A stretch of DNA of 64,000 nucleotides, taken from Emiliania huxleyi CCMP1516 (Eukaryota). The translations under genes and the position numbers were made by a program. The notes under the pieces were generated by a model, which saw only the letters and a program-made list of their open reading frames with translations, was not told the origin of the DNA and ran no database searches. The stretch is taken from the NCBI RefSeq assembly GCF_000372725.1, contig NW_005202237.1, positions 1 through 64,000 of the forward strand. Reading direction: 5' to 3'. Below are positions 24,001 through 36,288 of this stretch, one piece after another; position 1 is the stretch's first letter, and each line of letters begins with the position of its first letter.

Positions 24001-25805
24001 TGGCCTGTGCTGCGTCCGTCTCGGACGTTCAAGCGGCGCCAGCCAGCGGCTCGGCCGCGCATCCTTCACACACGCCGCCACGACCGGGATGAGTGGGCCC
24101 AGTGTCGAGCCTTGATGTGAGCTGCATGTGCGCGGCGGCCGTGGCGACAGCAGGTCCACCAGACGGACCTCAAAGCTTGCCGTCGGCGTGCTGTCGTGGC
24201 GAGAGCGCGAGACAGCTGCAGAGGAGCCGAGTGCAGTGGCGAGCCAGAGGCTACCTGGGTCACCAAGTGGTAGCCCTTGCCCATTCTGAGCAGGGCTGTG
24301 CTTTGGTGGGGTTGTGCTTGAGCGTGTGTGAAGTGGGAGTGCGTGCCGGCGGTGTCTGTGGGTGAAACAGGCGTGTGTGAGGCCGTAAGAGCCATGGTAT
24401 GAGCCAGAGTGGGCTTCATCACCCAAAATAAGGACGGTTTGGGACAGCTCAGACTTGATACTGATGGGCCTTGGCCAGGAGAGCGACAGAGAAGGCGAGG
24501 TGGTGAGCTGGGAAGCCGCTTTGTCTGCACCTGGACGTGTCGTGATGAACTGCCGAAAAGTACTATTTGCGGCTATTGCTCAAAACCTTTGGAGACAAGG
24601 CCTACATATTATGACTGCATCCATGCGTCTGGTGCATGAGGGCCGCGGGTCGGGACATTTCACGGTCGGTGGCGCCGATAATGACCTCCGTAAAGCCCTC
24701 ACAATCGCTCGGCACGGGCCACCGGGAGTGCTCTCGAGCGCCTACACCGGAGCATCACGAGCCGGTGTGAGCTTGAAGACCCGAGATAAGTGTGCGGTCT
24801 GGGACAGCTCAGGCTTGATACTGATGGGCCTGGGCCAGGAGAGCGACAGAGAATGCGAGGTGGTGACCTGAGAGCAGGAAATAGCGCTTCGTGGCAGGTG
24901 CTTCGCGACAAGGTCACACGCGGACGCTCCAGCCTCTCAGCTCACCACCTCGCCTTCTCTGTCGCTCTCCTGGCCCATGCCCATCAGTAGCACGCCTGAG
25001 CCGTCCCAGACCGCACTTACCTTGGGTCTGCAAGCTCACACCGGCTCGTGATGCCACGGAGAGGGCTCGAGATTGTCTCCGGTGGACCCCTTGCCGAGCG
25101 GTTGCGAGGGCTTTACGGAGGTCATTATCGGCGCCACCGACCGTGATATGTCCCGACCCGCGGCCCTCATGCACCAGACGCATGGATGCAGTCATAATAT
25201 GTAGGCCTTGTCTCCAAAGGTTTTGAGCAATAGCCGCAAATAGTACTTTTCGGCAGTTCATCACGACACGTCCAGGTGCAGACAAAGCGGCTTCCCAGCT
25301 CACCACCTCGCCTTCTCTGTCGCTCTCCTGGCCAAGGCCCATCAGTATCAAGTCTGAGCTGTCCCAAACCGTCCTTATTTGGGGTGATGAAGCCCACTCT
25401 GGCTCATACCACGGCTCTTACGGCCTCACACACGCCCGTTTCACCCACAGACACCGCCGGCACGCACTCCCACTTCACACACGCTCAAGCACAACCCCAC
25501 CAAAGCACAGCCCTGCTCAGAATGGGCAAGGGCTACCACTTGGTGACCCAGGTAGCCTCTGGCTCGCCACTGCACTCGGCTCCTCTGCAGCTGTCTCGCG
25601 CTCTCGCCACGACAGCACGCCGACGGCAAGCTTTGAGGTCCGTCTGGTGGACCTGCTGTCGCCACGGCCGCCGCGCACATGCAGCTCACACCATGGCTCG
25701 ACACCGGGCCCTCTCATCCCGGTCGTGGCGGCGTGTGTGAAGGATGCGCGGCCGAGCCGCTGGCTGGCGCCGCTTGAACGTCCGAGACGGCCGCAGCACA
25801 GGCCA
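24001..25805. repeat. Long inverted repeat (foldback), about 870-bp arms with a spacer of about 60 bp
   Basis: 24001-24873 is the near-identical reverse complement of 24934-25805; the ORF track shows mirrored peptides. Degenerate extension to about 23647/25978. Confidence 0.95.
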
Positions 25806-26063
25806 TCGCTCAAACAATCGGCCGGTGCTAGGGCCGCCGCAGTCGCCGGTGGGCCCACGGCGATGGGCCTGGTCGATTTCAGCCGACGGGAGGGCAGCAG
25901 GGCCGCGTGCGGGGCCTGCGCTAGGATTGCCCCGTCGTGCGCACGGTGTCCCCAGTGTAGGTGGACAGGCTTTATTCTTTTGCCGAGCGAAAAAAACCTT
26001 TTGCCGAGAATGTGAGCGCGTTCCCCCTTCCGCGTATAGCTGCACAGCGCACTCATCTGGGAG

Positions 26064-27395
26064 ATGAACGACTACGACGCCGATAACGGGCCCCCACTCG
26101 TGGGCATGCGCGCCCCGCTCCTCTACCAGCGGGTGAAGCTCCACGGCCTCGTCTCGCGGCCGGAGCTCAATGGCTCCTTTGGCAAGGCGGTCTCGTGGAG
26201 CGAGGAGAAGGGCCGGTACGGCGTGCAAATCGCGGGCCACGAGGATATGATTGCGCTCAAGCCGGCAAACCTCGCGGCGGCCGGCGCCGAGGAGGGTGTC
26301 GTGTGCGGCCACTGCGGCGCAGGGGCGGCCAACGAGCGGTGCACGCGCTGCTTTGCCGTCTGGTACTGCAGCGCAGAGTGCCGGAAGCAGGGGTGGGCGG
26401 CTCACAAGCCGGCCTGCACGCCTCCGCCCGTGGCCGAGTTTGGGAGCGAGATGTCGCACGCGCAGCAAGCAAAGATTCAGCAGCACATGCAGGCGGCGAT
26501 CGACGCGGGCAAACGGGGCTCGGCTGCCGGCAAGGCGCAGGAGATCAAGATGCTCCGGCAGAGCGCGGCCGCCGACCCGCAGCAGCCGATGACCTGGTTC
26601 AACTTGGCGCAAGCGTACTGGGACTTGGGCGTCAAGGGCGATGCGGTCGAGGCGATGTGCAAGGCCGTCCACAACCTGGTCCGCGTGCTCAAGAACCCAC
26701 AGGCGGTGGACCTCAGCGACCCAAACGCCAAGTATCTGATGGAGGAGCTGCCGCCCAAGGTGACGGCTACGGCGGCGAAGCTGCTCGAGGACGCCGTGGT
26801 TGGCCGGGGCGGCGACCAGCTCGAGTGGGACGAACGGCTGGGGCGCCTGCTGCAGACCCTCGCCGACCTCTGCGGAAGCCGGCTGCACCCGGGCGCGCGC
26901 AGCCTGACGCACTACGTCTTTGGCAACGTGCTGCGAAAGAGGCGCAAGAACGAGGAGGCGAGGGAGCAGCTCGTGCTCGCCGACCGCGCGGCGTGGAACG
27001 GCGGTCGAGGCGAGCGCGACCTGGTGTCGCTGTCGGCGATCCCCGACGTGATTGCCAACCAAGCGCTGAACCTGGGCGGGGCCGCACCCCCCGAGCTGTG
27101 GGTTGAGGCGATCAGCGCGGCGCGCGAGGCGCTCGGGGCGACGCCGAGGAACCACCGCATGCACCCGTCCGTGCAGCTGACGCTGGCGAGGATGCTCTCC
27201 AACCGCATCAGCAAGGGCCTCGCCGACGCGCAGGGCCACGTCAACGTCGACGAGGCGGCGCCGCTGGCGCGGGAGGGCGCCAAGCTCGCTCGTGCGGCGC
27301 GCGCGGCGGCGCAGGGGTCGGATCCCCGGCTCGTGGCGCTGGCCGACCAGCTCCTCTCCCCGAGCCAGCCTTTCGGCCTGCTCGCCGGCGCGTGA
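26064..27395 (+). CDS. MYND zinc-finger and TPR-like protein
   Basis: CGHC..CTRCFAVWYCSAECRKQGWAAHKPAC; N-terminal RVKLHGLVSRPELNG module; helical TPR-like C-terminus; intronless, 443 aa. Confidence 0.9.
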   Translation: MNDYDADNGPPLVGMRAPLLYQRVKLHGLVSRPELNGSFGKAVSWSEEKGRYGVQIAGHEDMIALKPANLAAAGAEEGVVCGHCGAGAANERCTRCFAVWYCSAECRKQGWAAHKPACTPPPVAEFGSEMSHAQQAKIQQHMQAAIDAGKRGSAAGKAQEIKMLRQSAAADPQQPMTWFNLAQAYWDLGVKGDAVEAMCKAVHNLVRVLKNPQAVDLSDPNAKYLMEELPPKVTATAAKLLEDAVVGRGGDQLEWDERLGRLLQTLADLCGSRLHPGARSLTHYVFGNVLRKRRKNEEAREQLVLADRAAWNGGRGERDLVSLSAIPDVIANQALNLGGAAPPELWVEAISAAREALGATPRNHRMHPSVQLTLARMLSNRISKGLADAQGHVNVDEAAPLAREGAKLARAARAAAQGSDPRLVALADQLLSPSQPFGLLAGA

Positions 27396-27611
27396 GGGCT
27401 GCCGACCGAGGAGTTGGCAGTTCCGGAGGACACGCGTGAGACTTGACTCGCTAGGCTAGCGTGAATTGATTCCGGTGTTTCTTATCACCCTACTACAAAA
27501 TGCGCCTGCGGGCGGACCCTTGCTGCTCCCAGATCACCCTGCTGTGAATTGCTGATGCGGGCGGGCCACCGTTCGTTCGCGCGAGCTCCGGCCGCGCGCC
27601 AACCCAGGGTG

Positions 27612-29397
27612 ATGGTCCACGACCAGCTGGTCGACGACAGGGCCGAGCCGCTCCTCCCGGCCGAAGAAGCGGGCAAGCTCCGTTCCGCGCTACGCATCGA
27701 CCTCTCCGTGGGATGCTCCCGCGGCGGAGTGCTCCAGCCGTGCCGCCGCAAGCACGAGCCGCCCAGTCGTGAGGCGCGAGCGCAGCTGCCGCTCGGGCCG
27801 AACGAGCACGCGACCGAGGGCGATATCTGCGACATGTACGCGCGGTTGGGCTGGGACGAGCGAGACCAGCTCGGCGCCGTCCTCGTGCTCAAGCTTGCGC
27901 TCTCGCTGACCGCCTCGGGCATGCCAACCTACACCGCCGAGCCGCTCCTCCGCACCGTCGCTGCCGCCGCGAACCTCCCTCACTGCCACCTGCTGCTCGG
28001 GATGCGCTCGCTGCAAATCTCGTTCGGCGGCGGGCCGGTGCACGTCCTCTCCTCGCGTCAGGGAAAGGTGCTGCACCGTCTCTCCGACCTCCACTGCCTC
28101 ACCCTCGCCGTCGCCGTCGCCGTCGAGCCCGCCACTCTGATGGCCCTCCAAGCTGTGGACGCGATCAACCGCCGCCGCTCGCCCTTTGGCTGGGCGATCG
28201 AGGCCCTCGCTTACCACGGCTTTGCGTGCGCCGCCGCGCCCGCCATCTTTGGAGGCGGCCTCGGCGATTTTGCCGTCGTCGCGCTCGCCTCTGTCCCTGT
28301 GCGGCTGACCCTCGCGGCGTGCGGAGCGCTGCCGCAGCTCTCCGCGCTCAGCGACCTGCTCCTCCCCATCGTCGCCGGCGTCGCCGCGCCTTCGCTCTGC
28401 GCGCTCTTCGAGCTCGACGCGTGCCACGCGGCGACGGCGACGCTCTCGCTGCTCCTCTTCGAGCTGCCCGGCTCGGAGCTGCTCTTCGGCGCGACCGAGC
28501 TCAAGCGCGGCAACCTCGTGGGGGCGACGCGGCTCGTCCACGCCGTGGTGCTCACCATGTTCATGGCCGTCGCCCTCGCCCTCGGCTGGTGCCTCGCCGC
28601 CCTGCCGATCTCGCGGCTCGCGCCGAGCCCGCCACCCAACCCGTGGCTGCCGGCGGCGGCGCCGTGCAGCGGCGGCGCCACCGCCGAGCTGTGGCCCGCC
28701 CTCCTCCAGAACGGGCTGCAGCTTCTGCCGCTGGAGGTGGCCCAGTTAATAGCGAAGTGCCAGTAATTAGCTATGAATTAAGGGATGCAGCTCGTGCCTC
28801 TGGAGGTGAGCTTCTTCGTGCTGCTCGGCGTCAGCGTGCGGGAGATGCCCTCCGCCGCCGGCTTGCTGCTGCTCACGATGCTGCTCCAGTTCTTCCTCTC
28901 CCACTCGGCGCTGCCTCTTCCGGGGCCGGTGTCCAACGCGGCAACGCTCTTTGTCGGCACCGCGCTGGGCTGCGCCCACGAGTACGTCCACGGCACGTCG
29001 CACCTGATCGTGCTGCTGCCCACCATTGTGCTCCTCGCCCCGGGCGCCACCGTCCTGAAGGCCGTCCTCGCCTCCATCGACGCTTCCGCGCCCGGCACTG
29101 CGCCTGGCGGGGACGGCGACGGCGCGCACCGAGCGTGCACCGACGGCGCAGCACTTGCGTGTAGGCGCGGCAGAGCCGCCCCCGACCGACGCGTGGTTCG
29201 AGCTGCTCATGCTCGCGGTCTCGTTCGCCGTCGGCGAGGCGATCGCGCACCACCTCTGGGCGCCGGCCCTCTCGCGCCGCGCCGCCGCGCGAGCCGAGGC
29301 GACGGCAGTCGCTCTCTCAGACAGCAAGGCCGTATGCCCGGTTCGGCTCGCGCGGATTGTGGCTGTTGGCGTGCCGGTGGCGGAAACGCTGGAGTGA
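27612..29397 (+). CDS. ThrE-family (threonine/serine exporter-like) membrane protein, spliced
   Basis: LKLALSLTASGMPTYTAE, LPGSELLFGATELKRGNLVGATRL, IVLLAPG; introns at 28737-28805 and near 29.1 kb. Confidence 0.75.
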
Positions 29398-29583
29398 CAC
29401 GCACCATCCCATCCAGATCCGCACCGATCAGCCATCAGTCCAGTTCTCGAGTCGAGAGATCAGACTCTCTCTTCATGTTAAGCGCAAAAGTGGACGTGCA
29501 ACCCACTGGTGTAACCACACCCGCTCATGGTGTCGCAGTGCTCCGAGGGTCTGCACGACACTAGCCCTTGCTTCGTGAAGCTG

Positions 29584-30420
29584 CTATTCCAACGTCCGGC
29601 TTACAGGCGCCCGCCACCCGTCTGCCGCCCCCTCGCTCTCGTCCTCGCTCTCGTCCTCGCCCTCCTCGCTCTCCTCCTCACTCGCCTCCCCCCTGCTCGC
29701 GACGGCGCGCCTCGGGTCGAGAGCGGAAGGCGAAGAGGCGAGGCGCACACCGAGGCTGGCCAGCGCCTCTAGGGCCTCGGCGGCGGAGGCTCCGACATTG
29801 AGCTCCGACTCAAGGTACTCGCCGCCGCGGTAGGCGGCGAGGGCGGGAAGCACGTCGGTCGAAAGCCTCGCCTGCGCTTCCGAGGCGCGGATGGAGACGA
29901 ACTTGACGAGGTCGTACCTCGCCGCGAGGCGCTGCATGCACAGGCCGAGGGCGGCGCACGCCGGCAGGTGAGGCTCATGGATGTGGACCACCACAAAGGT
30001 CTCTGGCGGCTCCTCCTCGACCGCGGCGACAAAGTCGTCCTGAGAGAGCTCCGTGACGCAACCGTATGTGCGCCGCGCCGCTGCGGCAGCGCGGAGCTCT
30101 CCGAGTCGCGCCTGCCGAATCCGGCGGAGCGTATCGCCGTCGTCTGAGTCGCTGCCGTCCGAGTGGGTGTGCCCTGACGTCAGCTGAGACCGGCGCAGCT
30201 GGGCGAGGCGGGCTTGCCGGGCAGCTTCGCGCGCGTCCTCCAGCACCGCCTTGGGCCCGGAGGCGTGCGATTCGCCACCAAAAGTGACGGATGTCGGGCT
30301 GCCCGGGCGGAAAAGGGCGGCACCGACGACCCTGCCATCCTCGCCTTCGATGCCCTCCGAGGCGTTGAGAATCGTCCGCTCTATGGGGTCCGACGGAATG
30401 TGGCCGGACCAGCTCGTCAT
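29584..30420 (-). CDS. Phosducin-like protein (PhLP1-type)
   Basis: SGPKAVLEDAR (TGPKGV-like), RQARLGELR, FVVVHIHE..C..L..LAARY..VKFV, LPALAAYRGGE, acidic tail. An upstream ATG at 30642 is also in frame. Confidence 0.85.
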   Translation of the reverse strand: MTSWSGHIPSDPIERTILNASEGIEGEDGRVVGAALFRPGSPTSVTFGGESHASGPKAVLEDAREAARQARLAQLRRSQLTSGHTHSDGSDSDDGDTLRRIRQARLGELRAAAAARRTYGCVTELSQDDFVAAVEEEPPETFVVVHIHEPHLPACAALGLCMQRLAARYDLVKFVSIRASEAQARLSTDVLPALAAYRGGEYLESELNVGASAAEALEALASLGVRLASSPSALDPRRAVASRGEASEEESEEGEDESEDESEGAADGWRAPVSRTLE

Positions 30421-31914
30421 CGCGCAAGTCGAGGTGCCTCTCTTGCCTTGCCCACAGCGGCGGCTCGACCAACCACCGCCAGCCAAAGTTCTTTTTTCGG
30501 ACTCTACTTTAGGGGGCAGATGACAAGGCAAGGGGAGGACGTCTGGCGCCGAGTGCGTCTGGCACCGGGCACGGAAGCTCGCACACTCATCAGCCGCACG
30601 CGATAGCGATAGTGCTGCCGCCGCGAGAACGCCAGTAGCCATGTGTGTGTACGTGAGTACGTACGATGTGAGAGAGAGATTTTTAGAAGCCAACAAGAAA
30701 ACGATGTGCATGGACGATATATATTACGTGGGGAGGAGACGGACTGGGTTTGCCGCATTCAAATCGCTCCAACAATCGCTCCACATTTAACTATTTCCCT
30801 CATTGTCAAGGCTCTCAAGGTCAAGCTGTGCAGTCTACGATGACCTCGTGAGCTCACGACTCCCCTAGCGACTCCCTTGGAGCTTGGTCATACATACGCC
30901 GAAAGAAAGGTGAGAGAAGCCGCGAGAGCAAGGCCTCGGCAGGCGCCGGTGCCATCGCAGAACGAGGCAGAGGAGAGCGATGAGGCAGAGGACGACGGGG
31001 CAGGAGAGAGAACGACGAGAGTGGGACGACCGCGAGGTGGCATGAAGGTTGCTAGTCTCCCCCCGCGCACTGCCTCACCCCGGGGGAAGTCCCTTTGCCA
31101 ATTTTACATCTGCTCCCTGTCGTGGGCCTTATCCAAAGCAGCCTGATGCTCCTTTGCAGATTGCAGCCCGTTCGCGCCCGCTCAGACCTCGTGCACACGC
31201 TCCGCAGGGTACATCTGCTGGCCGAGAAATGTCCATGGGGTCCGCTGGTTTGCTGCCGGCGCAGCCCATATGGAGATGAGAACACTCTCAGCCTGAGTGC
31301 GCACAGCACACAGCAAATGGTCGGAACAGGCACGCGCGAGCAGAGGTTTCTGGGAGGGCAACGGGCCGATACGAGCTTGCGCGAAGCGGGCTGGTGGGTG
31401 CGGAAGGGGTACACCCAGCTAACCCTCGGAGACCCGTGTTATGGCCCTGCGACCGCGCACCCCCGTGGGCTTAATAAATTGCTCCGGGTAGCCCGATCCA
31501 ATCGTCCGGCCCGCTGGGTGCGCTTCTTAGCTCCCCGGCCCTGAGCGTGCGGCTGCCGACTGGGTGCAACCAACGTCCAAGACTTGCGCAAGAAGAAACC
31601 GCCGGATGAAAAATAAAAAACGAACCGCGTAACGTGCCAAAATTCCCAAAAAGTACTATCTACTAAGTACGGCTTTACGGCTTTACCCCGTAGGCCTGCC
31701 GCCGGCCTCCCGGCCTGACAGAGTGCTCACGGCCGCCCCTAGCGAGCAGCGACTTTTGGACTCGACCACCCGGCTGCCGGCTCCCGCGTCCCGGGTCCGG
31801 GCGGTTTGACAAGTCACAAGAATAAATAGTGGGCCGCACGGCGCGAACCAAGTGATCCTGAGTAGTTAGCGCAACCCAGTACTGCGCGCAAACCAAACGC
31901 GACGACGAGAGGGA

Positions 31915-34900
31915 TCACGCACCGCGTGCGAGCGCCCTCTCGGTCTGCGCCCGCAGCCTCCGCTCCCGCCTCCACGCGCGCAGCCGTGCGCCGCCACCCT
32001 GCACGCCCGCACGCGCCGGTCCGCTGCCGGTCGGGGCGACCTCCCGAAGAGCTCTCAGCAGGTCCTCGAGGCTCACCTCGAGCAGCCCGGAGCTCGCTGC
32101 TCGGCCTCCCTTTCGCACCTCCGCGCCTGGCGCCAGCCCGCTCAGCAGCCGCTCGTCTGCGTAGCGCTCCAGCGCGAACGACGTCGCGCTCCGCAGCAGG
32201 CCCGCGAGGTCGGCGCCGGAGAAGCCGCAGGTCGCATCCGCAAAGGCGCCCGAGGCCAGCGCAGCGGCGGCGGGCGGCGCGAGGCAGCCGCGCTCGCGCA
32301 GCCGCTCGGAGTGGATGGCGGCGATGCGCTGTCTCCCCGCCGCGTCGGGCTGTGGCACCAGCACGTGCACCTCGAGCCGGCCGGGCCGGAGCAGCGCTGG
32401 GTCCATCAGCTCCGGCCGGTTGGTCAGGCCGATGACTGCAGCGGGGAGAGGTGGGAGCAGAGGCACGGAGTGGCAACGAGGGGAGGGAGGGGATGGAGGG
32501 GAGGCGGAGCACCCAGAATGTTGTCGAGCTGCTCGACGCCGTCCATCTTGGCGAGCAGCTGGTTGACGACCGAGTCGCGGATGCCTGAATTAAATACCAA
32601 TAACCAATCAACTAATCAATTAAGGCAGCTGGTTGACGACCGAGTCGCGGATGCCTGAATTAAATACCAATAACCAATCAACTAATCCATTAAGGCAGCT
32701 GGTTGACGACCGAGTCGCGGATGCCCGACGTGTCGCCCGAGAGGGAGCCGCGCTCCCTCGTGAAGGCGTCGATCTCGTCGAACACGATCACGTGCAGCGC
32801 CGAGTCGTCGCCCGCCTCGGCCTGCTCCACCTCCGCCTGCGGGGCGTGTCCAGGACACGTCATCGGCGTGCCGAAAGGGCGTCCTCGGCCTGCCCCGCCT
32901 CCGCCTCGGCAAAGAGCGAGCGGATGAACTGCTCCGAGTCGCCGACGTACTTGGACATCATCTCGGGGCCGTTGACGATCTTGGGCTCGCGCGCGCCCAT
33001 CGCGCCAGCTATCTCGCGCGCGAGCAGCGTCTTGCCGCAGCCGGGCGGCCCGTAGAGCAGCATGCCGCGCACCGGCGAGACGCCCAGAGGCCGCATCAAG
33101 GCCGGCGGGTACAGGCGGGAGGCGAGCGCCCGCCGCACAATCTCGTCCACAGCCGCGTCCAGCCCGCCGACGCGCCGCCCAATGCGCGCGGTGAGCCCCG
33201 GCGCGGAGCCAGGCTGGCCGCTGGTGCGGTCCATCTCCCGCTCTCGCGCCAGCGCCTCCTCGCTCGGCTGGTCCAGCAGCAGCAAGTCGGCCACTCAAGG
33301 GCGGGGGCGGGGCAGCGGCGCAGGTGAGAGAGGGCAAGCGCTGAACGCAGCTGTGAGAGTGCAAGCTGCCGCACACCCTTCTCGACTCCGATGCAGACGC
33401 CGGAGACGACGTCGGTGTTCTCTTCGCACGACTCCCCAGGCGGCCGTCGCCAGCCGATGCTGCCCTCGCCGCCGCAGTGCCCCGGCGGGAAGCTCGAGGT
33501 CGGAGGCATCATCGCGAGCTGGAGGAAGGCGGACGCGACGCCGGGCACGCCCTCGAAGGAGTGGCAGCAGCCTCCCGCGAGGAAGCACGGCTTGGCGCCC
33601 GACTTGAGCACGCGCTTCATCAGCTCGATCGGGGTAGACGTCTTCCCCGTGATGTCGAAGCGCAGCCGGCGCACGGTAAACTGGCCGAGGAGGGGGACGC
33701 AGAAGAGGACAGACCCTCGCGGGAAGGCGGCAGGCGGCAGCGTGCAGCCGCCCGGCAAGGCAACCACCGACACCTCGTACTTGGCGCCGCGCGCCGCCAC
33801 TGCGCGCAGCGGGCGCGGCGCGTCCAGCCACCACGCGAGCTTGCGGCCGCGCAGCCCAAGGAGCGCCTCCGCGCACGCGGCGCGCAGCTCCGCGCGAACC
33901 CAGTCCCCGTAAGCCTCCTGCCCGCCCGGGTCCGGGTCTGCGACCGCCCTCTCGGCGGCGTCGACGATCGCCGCGAGCAGCGCGTCGTCGAGCGGCGGGT
34001 ACGCGGTCGCGAGGGCGGGGCGCGGCGCGAGAGCGACGTCTCCCTCCGCCTCGCCGCCCTCGCCGCCCGACTTTGTGTACACGGCCTGCACGAACCGCTC
34101 CCCCGGGGCAGTCAGCCCGGGGGCGGGTGGCTTGCCACGCTCGTCGTCGCACGACTCCTCATCGCACGCCAGATCGGCCGTCTGCGCCACGGCGGGGCGG
34201 CAGCGAGCGTGCCAAAGTGCCGCTGGCGTGACGCCGGACACGGCCCCTCGCAGCCTCGCCACACCGCCCCCTCGCAGCCTCGCCGCAGCCTCGGCCGCGC
34301 CTCCCGTTCCGCCGGCCACCGCCTTGTCCGTCAGTGCGCTGAGCCGACTCTCTCGCCACCACTCGCGCAGCCGCCGGAGCACCTCGCGCCTGCCGCCGCC
34401 GCGCCGCCGCGCCTCGCCCTGCGCGCCGGCCTCTGTCCGCCGCGAGAAGGTCTTGCGCGGCGACGCCTCCCGCAGCGCTCGCTCGATGTCTTCGTACCGC
34501 ACCTCCAGCAGGCCCTCCTCGCCGTCGTCGCTGCTGGCGACGGCGGGCGGCTTTGCTGCGCCGGGGTCCCACCCGCGGAGCAGCGCCTCGTCCACGTAGC
34601 GCTCGAGGCTATACGACGTGACGCTGCGCATCAGCCCGGCGAGGTCCGCGCCGGAGAAGCCGCCGGTGACGCGCGCGAGGGGGCCGACATGTCCTGGACA
34701 CGTCCCGCCCGTGAGGCACGCGGCGGCGCGCGGCGCGAGGCAGCCGCGCTGGAGGAGCTCGCGGCTCTGGATGCTCAGGATCTGCTGCCGCCCTTGCGCG
34801 TCGGGGCGGGGCACCTCGACCTGCACCTCGAGCCGGCCGGGCCGGAGCAGCGCGGCGTCGATGAGCTCCGCGCGGTTGGTCAGGCCGATGACGAGCACGT

Positions 34901-36288
34901 TGTCGAGCTGCTCGACGCCGTCCATCTTGGCGAGCAGCTGGTTGACGACCGAGTCGCGGATGCCTGAATTAAATACCAATAACCAATCAACTAATCCATT
35001 AAGGCAGCTGGTTGACGACCGAGTCGCGGATGCCTGAATTAAATACCAATAACCAATCAACTAATCCATTAAGGCAGCTGGTTGACGACCGAGTCGCGGA
35101 TGCCCGACGTGTCGCCCGAGAGGGAGCCGCGCTCCCTCGTGAAGGCGTCGATCTCGTCGAACACGATCACGTGCAGCGCCGAGTCGTCGCCCGCCTCGGC
35201 CTGCTCCACCTCCGCCTGCGGGGCGTGTCCAGGACACGTCATCGGCGTGCCGAAAGGGCGTCCTCGGCCTGCCCCGCCTCCGCCTCGGCAAAGAGCGAGC
35301 GGATGAACTGCTCCGAGTCGCCGACGTACTTGGACATCATCTCGGGGCCGTTGACGATCTTGGGCTCGCGCGCTCCGAGCGCTGTGCAGATCTCGCGCGC
35401 GAGCAGCGTCTTGCCGCAGCCGGGCGGCCCGTAGAGCAGCATGCCGCGCACCGGCGAGACGCCCAGCTCCTTGGTCAGCGCGCGCGGGTACAGGCGAGAG
35501 GAGAGCGCGCGGCGGACGATCACCGCGAGAGGTGCGTCGAGGCCGCCCACCTTCTTGGCGAGGCGCGCGAGCAACTCCGGCGCGTCGTCTGGCATCGCCA
35601 CGCCTGCTCCGCCGCTCGCCGGCTCCCAGCCGCCCGGCGGCGGCCGCTCGACCTGCACCAAGTCGGACGCGGCCACCTCGATGGGCAGGTCCGCCGCCGC
35701 CGCTGTCGCCGCTGCCTCGCCGTCTGAGAAGCGCAGGCTCGGAGGCAGCAGCACGACCTGCAGGAGGGCGGAGGCTGCCCCCGGGGCGCCCGTCCATTGC
35801 AGGTCTCCGCCGGCGAGGCTGGTCACCGTCTCGGCGAGCAGGGAGCGGCCGGAGCTTCCCGGCCGATGCACCGCTGGCTCTCCGAGCAGCGGCGTGGCCA
35901 GCACCAGCGAATCAGGCGGGTAAGCCGACGCCGGAAGGGCGGTGCCGGCAGGGAGAGCCACGACAGAGACGTCGAGCCGCGAGCCGCGGGCATAGGCGGC
36001 TCGCAGCGGCTGCGGCGCATCGAGCCACCACGCGAGCTTGCGGCCGCGCAAACCACTGAGCTGGCGCTCGAGAGCAGCCCTGCTCGAGCCGTCACACCAA
36101 GCCAGGTCGCCGTCGCAAGCGTCGGCGCCTTGCACTCTGAGGCAGGCGACGGCTGCCTCCACCACCGCATCGAGGAGAGCGCTGGGCGTCCCGATCGCTG
36201 GTGGAGGCGCCTGCGTGCCGCCCGGAGCCGTGGGAAGAGTCGGCGCGAGCGCAGTGCAGGCGGCGACGGCAAAGATGTGGTGCTGCAT
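31915..36288 (-). CDS. Internally duplicated [cupin-like + NSF/SEC18 D1-type AAA+] x2 protein, or two tandem genes read through; spliced
   Basis: Two copies of [78 protein letters not shown], each preceded by an [13 protein letters not shown] domain. No stop between the halves in ORF 33096-35060. Confidence 0.8.

Noticed and set aside
32555..32724. 30-nt repeats separated by 40-nt spacers, CRISPR-like geometry
   Set aside because: The spacers are essentially identical and the repeat is AAA coding sequence; explained as tandem intron units.
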